From positions 1 through 55,224 of IMG/VR virus record IMGVR_UViG_3300026187_000019: 55,224 nt of DNA; one strand, given 5' to 3'. Origin of the DNA: a virus (lineage: Duplodnaviria > Caudoviricetes). The position numbers were made by a program, and so were the translations under genes. Positions 36,973 through 46,229 of this stretch are shown here, one piece after another; positions within the stretch are counted from its first letter, which is position 1, and every line of letters starts with the position of its first letter. Under the pieces are notes generated by a model. It was not told the DNA's origin and did not search any database. It worked only from the letters and a program-made list of their open reading frames with translations.

Positions 36973-38031
36973 TTACGCTAAGTGGTAGATGGCGTTGACA
37001 AGAGCCTCTGGACGGAGAATCTTGCGACCATACAAATGCATACCACGAACAATGTCAGCAAAGCTGTCAGGGTCACGGTAGGTTTCGGTCTTATTAATCT
37101 GCTCTGCAGTTGCAACAGCAGATGAATGACCAGCAACAATTACACCAAAGTTAACGGCACTGTTTGTTCCTGCAAAGGAAGGACCAGTACCAAGTGCTGG
37201 CAAATTGTTAGACGAGTACACGGTGAAGCCGTGGATGTTGTTGCTTACAATGCCGTTCTGCAAGCCTGACCCACCAAAGTCAGCATCAAACAGACGAGAA
37301 TCTTCGTCTTTCAATACTTCCATGAACACTGGATCAAGAACAAGCCAACGACCCTGTGTGTCAACATTCTGCTGGTCTAGCAGACGTGACATACGGGCAA
37401 TGATTTGCAACGGATTTGCATCACCTGCGGCAGTTGGAGCAGCACCTGCACCAGTACGTGGCAGGATAGCAATCGCTTCACCCGCAGTACCAGAGTTAAA
37501 GTCAGATGCGTCCAGCTTCATGCTGGCAAGCAATTCGTCTGTACCTGCAGTTGAAACAGCAACAGAACCGTTAACAGTTGTGTTTACTGTGTCAGCATTT
37601 GCATGAAGTGCAGACTGCTTGTAGCCTGACAAGTAGCCAAGAACGTCTTGGTCAAACTGGTCAGCCAAACGGTACGCAGCACGGTCACTTGCCAAAGACT
37701 GGAAGTTAACGTGGCTGTGTGCCTCTTCAATGTCGTCAACCTTAAATGCAAAGTAGTTAGCTTTGTCAATTGTCAGGCTGAAGTCTTCATCGTCAAGGTC
37801 TTGTGGGGTGATTGTTGTACCACGCTCATAAGCCTTAACTGTGATTTCGGGTTCCTTGATAATCTTCACGGAATCACCCATGTTAGCAATCTCACCGAAG
37901 TAATCGGAGTTTGAGATAGCTTCAGCAACAGCAGACTTGCGGAAAGCAAGTTGCACCTGTTTGCTGTAAATTACGGGTGAAAAATTACCGTTAGGAAGAT
38001 TGCCATACCCCGCAGCGGAAGTAAATGCCAT
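36973..38031 (-). CDS. Major capsid protein
   Basis: FSPVIYSK, YFGEI..GDSVKI, FKVDDIE and FADIVRGMHLYGRKILRPEAL motifs. Confidence 0.9.
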   Translation of the reverse strand: MAFTSAAGYGNLPNGNFSPVIYSKQVQLAFRKSAVAEAISNSDYFGEIANMGDSVKIIKEPEITVKAYERGTTITPQDLDDEDFSLTIDKANYFAFKVDDIEEAHSHVNFQSLASDRAAYRLADQFDQDVLGYLSGYKQSALHANADTVNTTVNGSVAVSTAGTDELLASMKLDASDFNSGTAGEAIAILPRTGAGAAPTAAGDANPLQIIARMSRLLDQQNVDTQGRWLVLDPVFMEVLKDEDSRLFDADFGGSGLQNGIVSNNIHGFTVYSSNNLPALGTGPSFAGTNSAVNFGVIVAGHSSAVATAEQINKTETYRDPDSFADIVRGMHLYGRKILRPEALVNAIYHLA

Positions 38032-38228
38032 TTTAAAATCTCCTATTGTAGCATTTTACAGATACAAACTCGCAAGACTAATCAGGAGGCTGATTCACAT
38101 TGGGTGCGTATTTTAGCAAGATGGCCGTCCTGCTATTCTACGGGCCATGTTCGTCAGGTAATCCGTAAGACTTGGCTGTTTGCGAATAGTAGTGTAACCA
38201 TGTTGCGCTACACAGTTACACTAATCTG
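38032..38228 (-). ncRNA. Candidate structured 5' leader of the capsid mRNA
   Basis: ~200 nt non-coding; stems at 38190-38223, 38107-38142 and 38080-38095, closed by 38069-38075/38180-38186. Confidence 0.5.
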
Positions 38229-38234
38229 ACTATA

Positions 38235-38262
38235 GTTATACTTACAAATAACTATTTGTCAA
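38235..38262 (-). promoter_or_regulatory. sigma70-like capsid promoter
   Basis: Minus strand TTGACA-N16-TATAAC. Confidence 0.7.
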
Positions 38263-38270
38263 CACTTTTT

Positions 38271-39143
38271 TTATCTAGCAGAGCCAGATACATCATAGAT
38301 AAACTTTCCAGAACGGATAGCTTCCATAATTTCGTCAGACCGCTTTTCGTATTCTTGCGGTGACATTTTTTGTACAGCAGACTCTTTGAGGTACGTAGTA
38401 GCTTCATCTGATTGTGGCTTACTACGTGAGTCTTTTGTAGATACAGACTTAGCTGCATCTTTATTAGACTTAGGTTTTGTTTTAGCAATACCCATGTCAG
38501 CTTTGTACAAGTCAATGGCTCTAGCAGCAGAACGTGCGTCATTGTCATTGTCATACAGTGCATCTTGCACCCACTTAGGCTGCTCTTCTGCCCACTCGTG
38601 AAACTCATCACTGTCACGAATGTCACCAAAGTCAGGATGCAACCGCATTAGTTCTGCTTCAGCTTTTTCTTTAGTAGCACTAGACTGCAACTCATCAATT
38701 GCTTTCATACGTTCTTCCAGTGCTGTTGACTGTTCACGTGCTTTCTTCATAGCAATTGTTTCAACGATAGCTGCTACATCAGGATAGTCTGCTGCCCATT
38801 GTTCAATGTCTTCGTCAGACTTAGGCAGTTTCATTTCTTTCTGTGCAGCTTGGCTGAGTTGAGATTTGAGTGCTTCAATCTCTTTCTTAAACTCTTCAGC
38901 TTGTTGTTGCTGGTGTCTACGTAAATCAGAGTAACGCTTTTTAAATGTTTTCTCTTCTGCGTTTGCAGGTTCAGCTTCTTGTTCTTCGGGTTGTTCTTCT
39001 ACTTCACCCTTCTGTTCTTTTAGAAGCTGCTCTAGTTCTTCTTCTTCCATTTTGCGTTTTTCTTCGTTAGTGTATTTACGATTTGCAAACGCAATCTTCT
39101 TTTCAGGCTTCATTTCTTCAGCCATAATAGCTTGTTCTGCCAT
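38271..39143 (-). CDS. Capsid scaffolding protein
   Basis: Acidic coiled coil with FKKRYSDLRRH and HPDF motifs, directly upstream of the MCP; start reassigned to MAEQAIM after AAGGA. Confidence 0.8.
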   Translation of the reverse strand: MAEQAIMAEEMKPEKKIAFANRKYTNEEKRKMEEEELEQLLKEQKGEVEEQPEEQEAEPANAEEKTFKKRYSDLRRHQQQQAEEFKKEIEALKSQLSQAAQKEMKLPKSDEDIEQWAADYPDVAAIVETIAMKKAREQSTALEERMKAIDELQSSATKEKAEAELMRLHPDFGDIRDSDEFHEWAEEQPKWVQDALYDNDNDARSAARAIDLYKADMGIAKTKPKSNKDAAKSVSTKDSRSKPQSDEATTYLKESAVQKMSPQEYEKRSDEIMEAIRSGKFIYDVSGSAR

Positions 39144-39226
39144 TGTTTGTACTTCCTTTTGTTGGGGCCAACGTAGCCACGCCGGGGTGGGGGATGGGTA
39201 GGCCAACTGATTGTGGATTATTTTTA

Positions 39227-40999
39227 TTAGTGGCCTAATCCACCGTAGCCACCACCTGTATCTGCCTCACTTCCATCTGCAGCAGAGCCTCCGGTATGGC
39301 CTCCGCTGTCACTGTTGTCCTCTTTACCAACTGCTGCATCTCTATCTTCTGACCTTACGCCGCCACCAAATGATGCATCCAAATCTTCTGACCTTACGCC
39401 GCCACCTTTGCCAGTAGCCACATCAGCTTTACCGAAATCTGCTGCAGATTTATCAGAGGTGCCGCTAAATGAGAAGCCGCTATCACCATCTCTTGTTTCA
39501 TCAGCAAGACCTTTACCGCCACCCTTTGGATAACCCATAATATCAGCAAATTTATCGTAATTTACTTTGCCTTGTTTACTTAAACCTGAATATGTTGTTG
39601 AGTCAATAACGCCACCACGCCAACCTGATTTTCTACCTGCATCAAGTGCTTCTTTGTAATCTGAAAAAGAAGCGTAACTCATACTTCCATTGTCACTTTT
39701 AGCTTGACCACCTGTTCTTATATCTATAGCAATACCATTTTTATCAAAGAAACCACCAGTAACAGGGTCTAAATCCCCTTTTTCATAACCTGCATATCGT
39801 GAAGGTGTTACGCCTATATAATCTTGAAGTGCCTTTAGGTTACGTGCTACAACAGCAGATGCTGGCAATAGACCTTCTGCTGGTTGAATTTCCCCTTTTA
39901 CTGGTTGAACGCCTAATCCAGTCATGGGTAATCCGGGTAGCCCTGATAAATCTGCTGGGCCAAATGGAGCAGACGGACCACCTATTGCAGTAGGCATAGC
40001 CTCTGGATCTTTTTCAAACACGGTTGCAACATCACCTAATCCAAAAACTTCTTTTACAAAGTTACCACCCGGAACAAAAGATAGTAAATCTATTCCACGC
40101 CTTCCTGATATTGCATATTTTTCTTTAACCACGTCTTTTTGTTCATCTATAGCTTTTCCAGCTACAGTTACAGCAGTATCTTCTGCCGACCTTCCTGAAT
40201 CATCATTACGAACTCCTGTTTGACCCATAGTAGGAGTCACTGCCGTAGTTTCTTCTTGTGATTGATCTCCTTTAGGTTTATACCCATCTGGAATAGGATA
40301 AACAGGTTTACCATCTACAAACGGTATCTGTAATACTTGACCTGCATCATTTACGTAAGTTCGCAACTCTGAACCCTGATAGCCAGAACCAACCATTTGA
40401 CCAAAGGTAGGTATATTAGTTGTTTGATCTGCTGTAGTATACTGAGTTCCTGTATACTGTAACGGTTGCATATAAGGTTGTGTACCTGTGTATGGTGTAA
40501 ATCCAGTATTAGGCATTTGTTGTGCTGGTTGAAAACCGCCGATACCTGTTCCGGGCATAGTGTATGTACCTGTTCGTGGATCGTATGAAGGAACCATACC
40601 ACCTGCTTGCATCTTTAGTTCATCACTATTATACTCTTCTTCTTCATCTACGTCAAGGTCATACATATCAAATGGCAAGTCATCTTGCACAACAGCTTCA
40701 TCACCATTACCCATCTGACCCATAGCTTCCATTTGTGCCAAGCCTTGCTTTGCTTCTTGACGCATACGCATTAAGTTTTCAAGACCAATGTAACGCACTA
40801 CGTCTGCAGGAAAAACAAATTCACCTTCACTCAACTGAGCAGGAATGTCATCACGTACTTCTTCACGCAATGAACCCGGTGGTACTTCGTTGCCTGATTC
40901 CTCATCAACCATACCACCTTCATCCATAAGGCCGCCTTCGTTGAAGCCACGTTCTACTGGCTCAAAGAGTTCCATTTGTTCTGCCATGCGTTTAGCCAT
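39227..40999 (-). CDS. Head-associated protein with DDIPAQLSEGEFV domain
   Basis: GG..VPPGSL.EEVRDDIPAQLSEGEFVFPADVV motif; located between portal and scaffold. Confidence 0.7.
   Translation of the reverse strand: MAKRMAEQMELFEPVERGFNEGGLMDEGGMVDEESGNEVPPGSLREEVRDDIPAQLSEGEFVFPADVVRYIGLENLMRMRQEAKQGLAQMEAMGQMGNGDEAVVQDDLPFDMYDLDVDEEEEYNSDELKMQAGGMVPSYDPRTGTYTMPGTGIGGFQPAQQMPNTGFTPYTGTQPYMQPLQYTGTQYTTADQTTNIPTFGQMVGSGYQGSELRTYVNDAGQVLQIPFVDGKPVYPIPDGYKPKGDQSQEETTAVTPTMGQTGVRNDDSGRSAEDTAVTVAGKAIDEQKDVVKEKYAISGRRGIDLLSFVPGGNFVKEVFGLGDVATVFEKDPEAMPTAIGGPSAPFGPADLSGLPGLPMTGLGVQPVKGEIQPAEGLLPASAVVARNLKALQDYIGVTPSRYAGYEKGDLDPVTGGFFDKNGIAIDIRTGGQAKSDNGSMSYASFSDYKEALDAGRKSGWRGGVIDSTTYSGLSKQGKVNYDKFADIMGYPKGGGKGLADETRDGDSGFSFSGTSDKSAADFGKADVATGKGGGVRSEDLDASFGGGVRSEDRDAAVGKEDNSDSGGHTGGSAADGSEADTGGGYGGLGH
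39344..39406. repeat. In-frame tandem duplication (period 39 bp)
   Basis: atcttctgaccttacgccgccacc identical at 39344-39367 and 39383-39406 (GGGVRSED twice). Confidence 0.9.
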
Positions 41000-41198
41000 T
41001 GACTGCATCCCTTAGTGTTTTAATACTACGTAACACTGCAATCGCCCCCTGCGCACGATGCATAAAAACTGTGTTATCGCCTTGCTCTAATGTACGATGT
41101 TGCTGTTCAATTAGCACATCTAAATACTTATTGAAGTTGTCCCACTGGCGGCTGTTGCTGACCAGCGGCTTCAGCTTGCTGAGTATTTCCTTGTCCAT
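40992..41198 (-). CDS. Small conserved protein after the portal (HRAQGAI motif)
   Basis: MDKEILSKLKPLV...; a common small gene downstream of podovirus portals. Confidence 0.7.
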   Translation of the reverse strand: MDKEILSKLKPLVSNSRQWDNFNKYLDVLIEQQHRTLEQGDNTVFMHRAQGAIAVLRSIKTLRDAVNG

Positions 41199-43269
41199 TC
41201 GCACTAAATCCTTGTTCACCCGGCACAGGAGCCTGTCCAGTACCTACGTTACCACCACCTGCACCTGTTGGGTCCATTGCATCCGCACCCGGCGGTGGCG
41301 TCATACCACCCTGCTCTTGTTGCATTGGCTGCTGGAAGCCCTTCATAATTTCTGCTTGCAGTGCAGCTTCATCCATATTGTTGGTTACTTTGTCGGGGTC
41401 TAAGTCCATAGACTTTGCAATCTCACGGATTACATACTGGAACTTAGCAAAGGGTGCGAGTGCAGGATTACTTGCAATCTGCAAGAACTGCATTAGACGC
41501 TGGCTACGCACTTCATTAGCCATAAGACTTTCTGTACCCCGTGCTTTAACTTCCAAGTCACCTTTGATTTCTGGGTCAAAATCAAACTGCATATTAAAAC
41601 GGAAAAAGCCTTCACCAAGTGGGCGAAGCAGATAGTCGTCTACATTCTTAATAACTGTTTTGGTACTACCTTGTGCAGCACCCATTAGCATTGAGATACC
41701 TGAAGCTGTACGGCCTACACCAGACACGCCTGTCTGTCCATGTGCAAATGATGGGAAGCCTGTGCTTTCATCTGCCAGTACACGTGCCTTGTCAAATAGC
41801 ATCATGTTCTCAGAAGATACGTTAGGGAACTTTGTACCAAATATAGCTTGACCCGGTGCGCCACCCTGTCTGCGGAATACCTTGCCCGGATACAGTGACA
41901 AGTCCTGACCCGGCACCAAGTTTGTTTCATCTACCTCAACAATCAAGTTGCCAGACAGTACAGCATTATCAACAGCCATACGCATAAAGCCATTCATCAA
42001 TGTCTGTGTATCGTCCATGTTCTCTGCAATACCTACACCAAAGAATGAATACGGGTTCAATTCGTATGGTGCAGCAGAGTATGGAATCTTAGATGGCTTG
42101 AATGGATTAAGAACCATACGAAGCAGTTTGTTGTTACAAATCCAAACATTGGCTTGCAACTCATCAAACTCTTTCAGTTCTTTTGGAATGTCAATACCCT
42201 GTTCTTCAAGCAGTTCTGTATCAACCATACCCCAATACTCAAGTACCTCAAAGCGGTCTACACCATGTTCTGGTGCATAGTCAGATAAGTCATCTTCCCA
42301 ATATTGCTTAGTGTAGTTTTCACCCATAGCAATCACTTCATTGATAACTTCACCACGAAAGTATGGACGCTTCTTTAGGTTACGTAATTGTGTACGAGAC
42401 ATCTTGTGACGTTCAATTACAAACTGTGCTTCATCCATGTTGTTAGCATCTGGGTCTGGATAAAAGTTCCAAACAGATACATGATTTACTTGTGGAATTG
42501 TTTTAAATAGTGGGTCATACTCACCATCGTCATTCCAGTTAGGGTACTCTTTGTCAACAGCAAACGGACCTTTCATAACACCTGTACCAAACAATGCCAT
42601 TTCAAATGCTGCATTGCGTAAGTGTTTAGTGGCACCAGATTCTTCTAGCTGGTCGTGTATCTTCTTTTGCATTTTCTTTGCAGCAATTAATGCAGGGCTA
42701 AATGCAATAGAGGTAGGTGTCTTACCCGGCCCCTCTTTTAGTTTGTCAGCAACAGGTTCCAGTTTGCCTTCCAGCACCCCAAGTTTTTCTTGTAAGGACT
42801 GCGCTGTGGCTCCCGGCGGTAAGTCTTTTCCGTCACCCGCAAAACCGTAGGGACTAGAAATAGCAGTTTCACCACGTAATTGTTCTGGTTCTTTAGGGTC
42901 AAAATGTACATCGGCAACAACCCCCTCTGGTAATTCAGTAGGCTCAATAGATAAAGGAAAACGCTGGTTAGCAAACAAGACATCAACAATCTGCCCGTAT
43001 GCTGCCAGCGTTTTAGTTTTTGTGACTTTAATAAAGACACGAGATTTTTCTGTTTCAGTAAATTGAACATCGGGGCCATACAAACCACGATAATTGCGGT
43101 AGGCTTTTAGCCAACGCTGTTCGTCATCATAACGATAATCTTCAGATCGCTTATAACGATCCAATACAAATGGAATAATGTTACTTACGTCTACGTCTGA
43201 AACAGATGTATCATCACTATCTTCCAGTGCGATAGCATCGTCTTCGATCATAATTTCATCTTCATTCAT
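41128..43269 (-). CDS. Portal protein
   Basis: Follows TerL; LFGTGVMKGP, VWNFYPDP, FFGVGI and RTASGISML motifs. Confidence 0.9.
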   Translation of the reverse strand: MNEDEIMIEDDAIALEDSDDTSVSDVDVSNIIPFVLDRYKRSEDYRYDDEQRWLKAYRNYRGLYGPDVQFTETEKSRVFIKVTKTKTLAAYGQIVDVLFANQRFPLSIEPTELPEGVVADVHFDPKEPEQLRGETAISSPYGFAGDGKDLPPGATAQSLQEKLGVLEGKLEPVADKLKEGPGKTPTSIAFSPALIAAKKMQKKIHDQLEESGATKHLRNAAFEMALFGTGVMKGPFAVDKEYPNWNDDGEYDPLFKTIPQVNHVSVWNFYPDPDANNMDEAQFVIERHKMSRTQLRNLKKRPYFRGEVINEVIAMGENYTKQYWEDDLSDYAPEHGVDRFEVLEYWGMVDTELLEEQGIDIPKELKEFDELQANVWICNNKLLRMVLNPFKPSKIPYSAAPYELNPYSFFGVGIAENMDDTQTLMNGFMRMAVDNAVLSGNLIVEVDETNLVPGQDLSLYPGKVFRRQGGAPGQAIFGTKFPNVSSENMMLFDKARVLADESTGFPSFAHGQTGVSGVGRTASGISMLMGAAQGSTKTVIKNVDDYLLRPLGEGFFRFNMQFDFDPEIKGDLEVKARGTESLMANEVRSQRLMQFLQIASNPALAPFAKFQYVIREIAKSMDLDPDKVTNNMDEAALQAEIMKGFQQPMQQEQGGMTPPPGADAMDPTGAGGGNVGTGQAPVPGEQGFSANGQGNTQQAEAAGQQQPPVGQLQ

Positions 43270-43280
43270 ATCGTTTTTCC

Positions 43281-44849
43281 TTAGTATCCAAAGGTTGAGT
43301 CTGCGACTTGCATACCACCACCGGGTCTACCCATTGGGTCATAGTCAAATATACTAAACCTTGGTCTGGACATTATACCATACCTAAGAGCATCATACAA
43401 GTGGTCTTCACTCTTTGTGTCAATGTCTTCTGGGTTTTTCTTGTCCAACGGTATTGAGGGAAGTTGGGCCGTGAGGTTTGTGCAAGTATCAAAGAAAACA
43501 AGTCTAGGCTCCTCTGTAAATTCATCTATCTGTAGTCTACGGTGTATCTCGTTCTTACCAGCTACACGACTGCCCCTGCTTCTGTCTGACGGACGCCAGC
43601 GACATCCACGGCTAATCATTTGCTCCGCAAGAGAAGGGCCAGTATCACCACGCTTATGCCAAAGAGAACTGTCCAGAACACCGTACTTAATATTGCCATC
43701 TTCCGCTTCCAAATCCAGAATCATATCTGCCAAGTCTGTGGCAAGGACTTTAGAAACGTAGAGTTCTCTATATACCACAAGTTGCTCAGAAGGCGCAACG
43801 GCAAACCAAACAACACCACTGAAGCTACCGTAGCCATAATCGCAAGCCCGAAACTTAACCCAGTTGCTAGGAATCCTAAAAGGCTCAACAACATGAACCC
43901 GCCTATCAAACTCAGTAAAGGCTGCTCCCTCTTTAATATCCCAATCGCCTTCAAGAAGCTGCCTACGCTGCTGTTCTGGAAGCGATAGAAGCATGGCTTC
44001 GTAGTCACCTGCATTCGCAAGGTATGGGTTATCAGAAAGTCTTGCGGGTATAAATCTTCTTTTGAATAAAGATTTTCCAGCTTTACTATGTCCTGCTGGA
44101 TAGCGGAGAACTTCTCCTGTGTCTGTGTCTGTTGCATCGAAGGCTCTATTATATGGCGAAGGGTCAATGAACATTTTTTTGACCCAGTGATGACCTCTTC
44201 CGCCGGGGTTAGTCGTAGCCCTCATAAATATTGGCAAATCAGGTGCAGTAGACCGTAGACGAGAACGCATATAATTCCATGCGTATGGTGTGGACCATTG
44301 TGTTAACTCGTCAAAGCCTATCCAGCTAAAAGCTAGACCCTGATAGCGCAATACATCATCATCCCTGTCGAGATAAGACATCCACAATCTTGCACCAGAT
44401 GGCGCAGTCCACTGCATTTTTCTTTCTGACCACTTAATACCGGGCCAGATTTTTGGGTACAACTCCTGCGACTTAAATATAAGTTCCCGCAACTCTTCCG
44501 TTGTGTGTCGCAGTAGCAGCCCACTAAACTGTGGATGTCCCATGTAACGTAATGGGTCAGCAAGCATAGCGTAGCTTTTGCCACCACCTGCAGAACCACC
44601 ATACAATACTTCTCGTTCAGCCGCCGCTAGGAACTCTGTCTGTGGTCCTTCGTTTGGCTTGAACAAAACATTAGCGTGTTGTTCTATCTCGCTGCTGTCA
44701 TATTCAGGTGATACAGTTTCCTGTATCTCAACCTTCGGCTTTGGAGCCTGTTCTTTGGTTACTGATTTCTTCCGCTTTGGCGATTGCCGTTTTCGCATAT
44801 TCTGCCCACTTGCGGAGGCTTGCAGCTTGATTCTTACGTCTTCGCTCAT
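43281..44849 (-). CDS. terL: Terminase large subunit (start uncertain)
   Basis: YGGSAGGGKS Walker A, IGFDELT Walker B, TTNPGG and DHLYDALRY nuclease motifs. Confidence 0.95.
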   Translation of the reverse strand: MSEDVRIKLQASASGQNMRKRQSPKRKKSVTKEQAPKPKVEIQETVSPEYDSSEIEQHANVLFKPNEGPQTEFLAAAEREVLYGGSAGGGKSYAMLADPLRYMGHPQFSGLLLRHTTEELRELIFKSQELYPKIWPGIKWSERKMQWTAPSGARLWMSYLDRDDDVLRYQGLAFSWIGFDELTQWSTPYAWNYMRSRLRSTAPDLPIFMRATTNPGGRGHHWVKKMFIDPSPYNRAFDATDTDTGEVLRYPAGHSKAGKSLFKRRFIPARLSDNPYLANAGDYEAMLLSLPEQQRRQLLEGDWDIKEGAAFTEFDRRVHVVEPFRIPSNWVKFRACDYGYGSFSGVVWFAVAPSEQLVVYRELYVSKVLATDLADMILDLEAEDGNIKYGVLDSSLWHKRGDTGPSLAEQMISRGCRWRPSDRSRGSRVAGKNEIHRRLQIDEFTEEPRLVFFDTCTNLTAQLPSIPLDKKNPEDIDTKSEDHLYDALRYGIMSRPRFSIFDYDPMGRPGGGMQVADSTFGY

Positions 44850-45129
44850 TATTCAATCGTTTCCTCAAACCTACGTGCGAGATGTATCTGCCAGTCTGTG
44901 TACTCAGCCAATTAGCTACTTCACGGTAGCTGTATTGATTTACGTGCTGTCTAGCTTTCTCTAACAAGTCCAATTCAATTTGGATAGGTTGAAGAATGTC
45001 GGGGTCTTCATCATCCTGTTTATATCCGAATGGTACAGTACGTGCAATACGTGGGATGGGTATCCATTCGTTTTCTTCTTTGATGTCTGTTGGCTGTGGA
45101 AGTTTCCACTTGCCTATACTACGTGACAT
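44728..45129 (-). CDS. HTH DNA-binding protein
   Basis: VPFGY followed by SYREVANWL...ISHVGLRKRL helix-turn-helix. Confidence 0.65.
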   Translation of the reverse strand: MSRSIGKWKLPQPTDIKEENEWIPIPRIARTVPFGYKQDDEDPDILQPIQIELDLLEKARQHVNQYSYREVANWLSTQTGRYISHVGLRKRLNNERRRKNQAASLRKWAEYAKTAIAKAEEISNQRTGSKAEG

Positions 45130-45295
45130 TTTTCCTATTATCTTTTGTTGTGTGTTTAAGAAACGAAGTTTTTTTAGTGGACGACTTTCTAGTCCCCTTT
45201 GTCTTCGTTGGTTTAATTAAATCTGTATCATAGAAGTCAGACATATCCATGCCTATACTTTCCATAGTTGAAACTGGTTCTTTTGATTTAGCCAT
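45119..45295 (-). CDS. 58-aa basic protein (not in ORF track)
   Basis: MAKSKEPVSTMESIG...KKTSFLKHTTKDNRKNVT; GAGGA RBS. Confidence 0.6.
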   Translation of the reverse strand: MAKSKEPVSTMESIGMDMSDFYDTDLIKPTKTKGTRKSSTKKTSFLKHTTKDNRKNVT

Positions 45296-45307
45296 TAGTC
45301 ATCATCC

Positions 45308-45694
45308 TCATTTGTTTTTACGTATGGTTCTACCCGGCAAAGTTCCTGTAGTATCAAACGTAACACCATTTTTCTTTTTAGGTTTTGGTTTAGGTAACGT
45401 CTTTGGTAAAGGTTTCTTTTTGGGTTTTGGTTTAGGTAAAGGCATAGACTTTCTAGTGCTTGGGTCTGCCCTATATTTAGGTTCTTCTTTTCTAGCCAAA
45501 ACATTTTTTCTCATGTCCCTGAACTTTTGCATTTCACCGGGAAATTCTTTATTAAAAAGTCGCCTTTCAGATGGGCTTAATTTTTCAAGAGCCTTCTGTG
45601 CCGCATTAACAGATGCAACAGTTTTTATATCTTTTTTAATTCTGTTTCTAAGTTTTTTAAGATTAGCAATATTTTCTTTTTGTCTATCAGTCAT
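45308..45694 (-). CDS. Lys/Pro-rich basic protein (PKPKP repeats)
   Basis: ORF track; TGATG coupling; flanked by a 17-nt direct repeat. Confidence 0.7.
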   Translation of the reverse strand: MTDRQKENIANLKKLRNRIKKDIKTVASVNAAQKALEKLSPSERRLFNKEFPGEMQKFRDMRKNVLARKEEPKYRADPSTRKSMPLPKPKPKKKPLPKTLPKPKPKKKNGVTFDTTGTLPGRTIRKNK

Positions 45695-46068
45695 CAGTCA
45701 TCATCCTCTACAATAGCTTTAGGTGGCATAAGCATGACACCACCCGATGCTTCTACCTGCATCTTTTCTGTCTTTACCAGACCCACACGGTCAAGCAGTT
45801 CTTTAGCTGCAGACATCTTATCACGAATGCCTAACTCAGTCGGGTCATACAAAGCACCTGTCATCGCCATCGCAGCTTTAGGCGCATTACGAGCCATGTA
45901 CATTTGCGTTGCCTCAAGAATTTCTTCTTTAAGACCTTTGATAATTTCGCCAGTGCTAGAAGTGTCAGCATACCCTGCCAGTTTCTTGGCAGCAACCATG
46001 TCACCACCAGCTTCATCAAACAAGACGTTTAAAAATGCTTGTTGCTTTTCTGTTAGTTCTCTAGCCAT
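45694..46068 (-). CDS. Putative terminase small subunit
   Basis: LTEKQQAFL...AAKKLAGY N-terminal HTH and AAKELLDRVG motif; upstream of TerL. Confidence 0.65.
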   Translation of the reverse strand: MARELTEKQQAFLNVLFDEAGGDMVAAKKLAGYADTSSTGEIIKGLKEEILEATQMYMARNAPKAAMAMTGALYDPTELGIRDKMSAAKELLDRVGLVKTEKMQVEASGGVMLMPPKAIVEDDD

Positions 46069-46229
46069 TAATTACTTAAACCCCTTACAAAAGAACTTAC
46101 ATTCTTTGCTGCTCTTTTTATATTATCCTGTATCGTATGTGGCAAAAAAGTTGTTTTCTTTTTAGGGTCAACACCCACAACTATTCTACCTTTTCTTGAA
46201 GAGCTAACTGTCCGAATGTTTTTACTCAT
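46068..46229 (-). CDS. 53-aa basic protein (not in ORF track)
   Basis: MSKNIRTVSSSRKGRIVVGVDPKKKTTFLPHTIQDNIKRAAKNVSSFVRGLSN; coupled to genes at both ends. Confidence 0.65.
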   Translation of the reverse strand: MSKNIRTVSSSRKGRIVVGVDPKKKTTFLPHTIQDNIKRAAKNVSSFVRGLSN

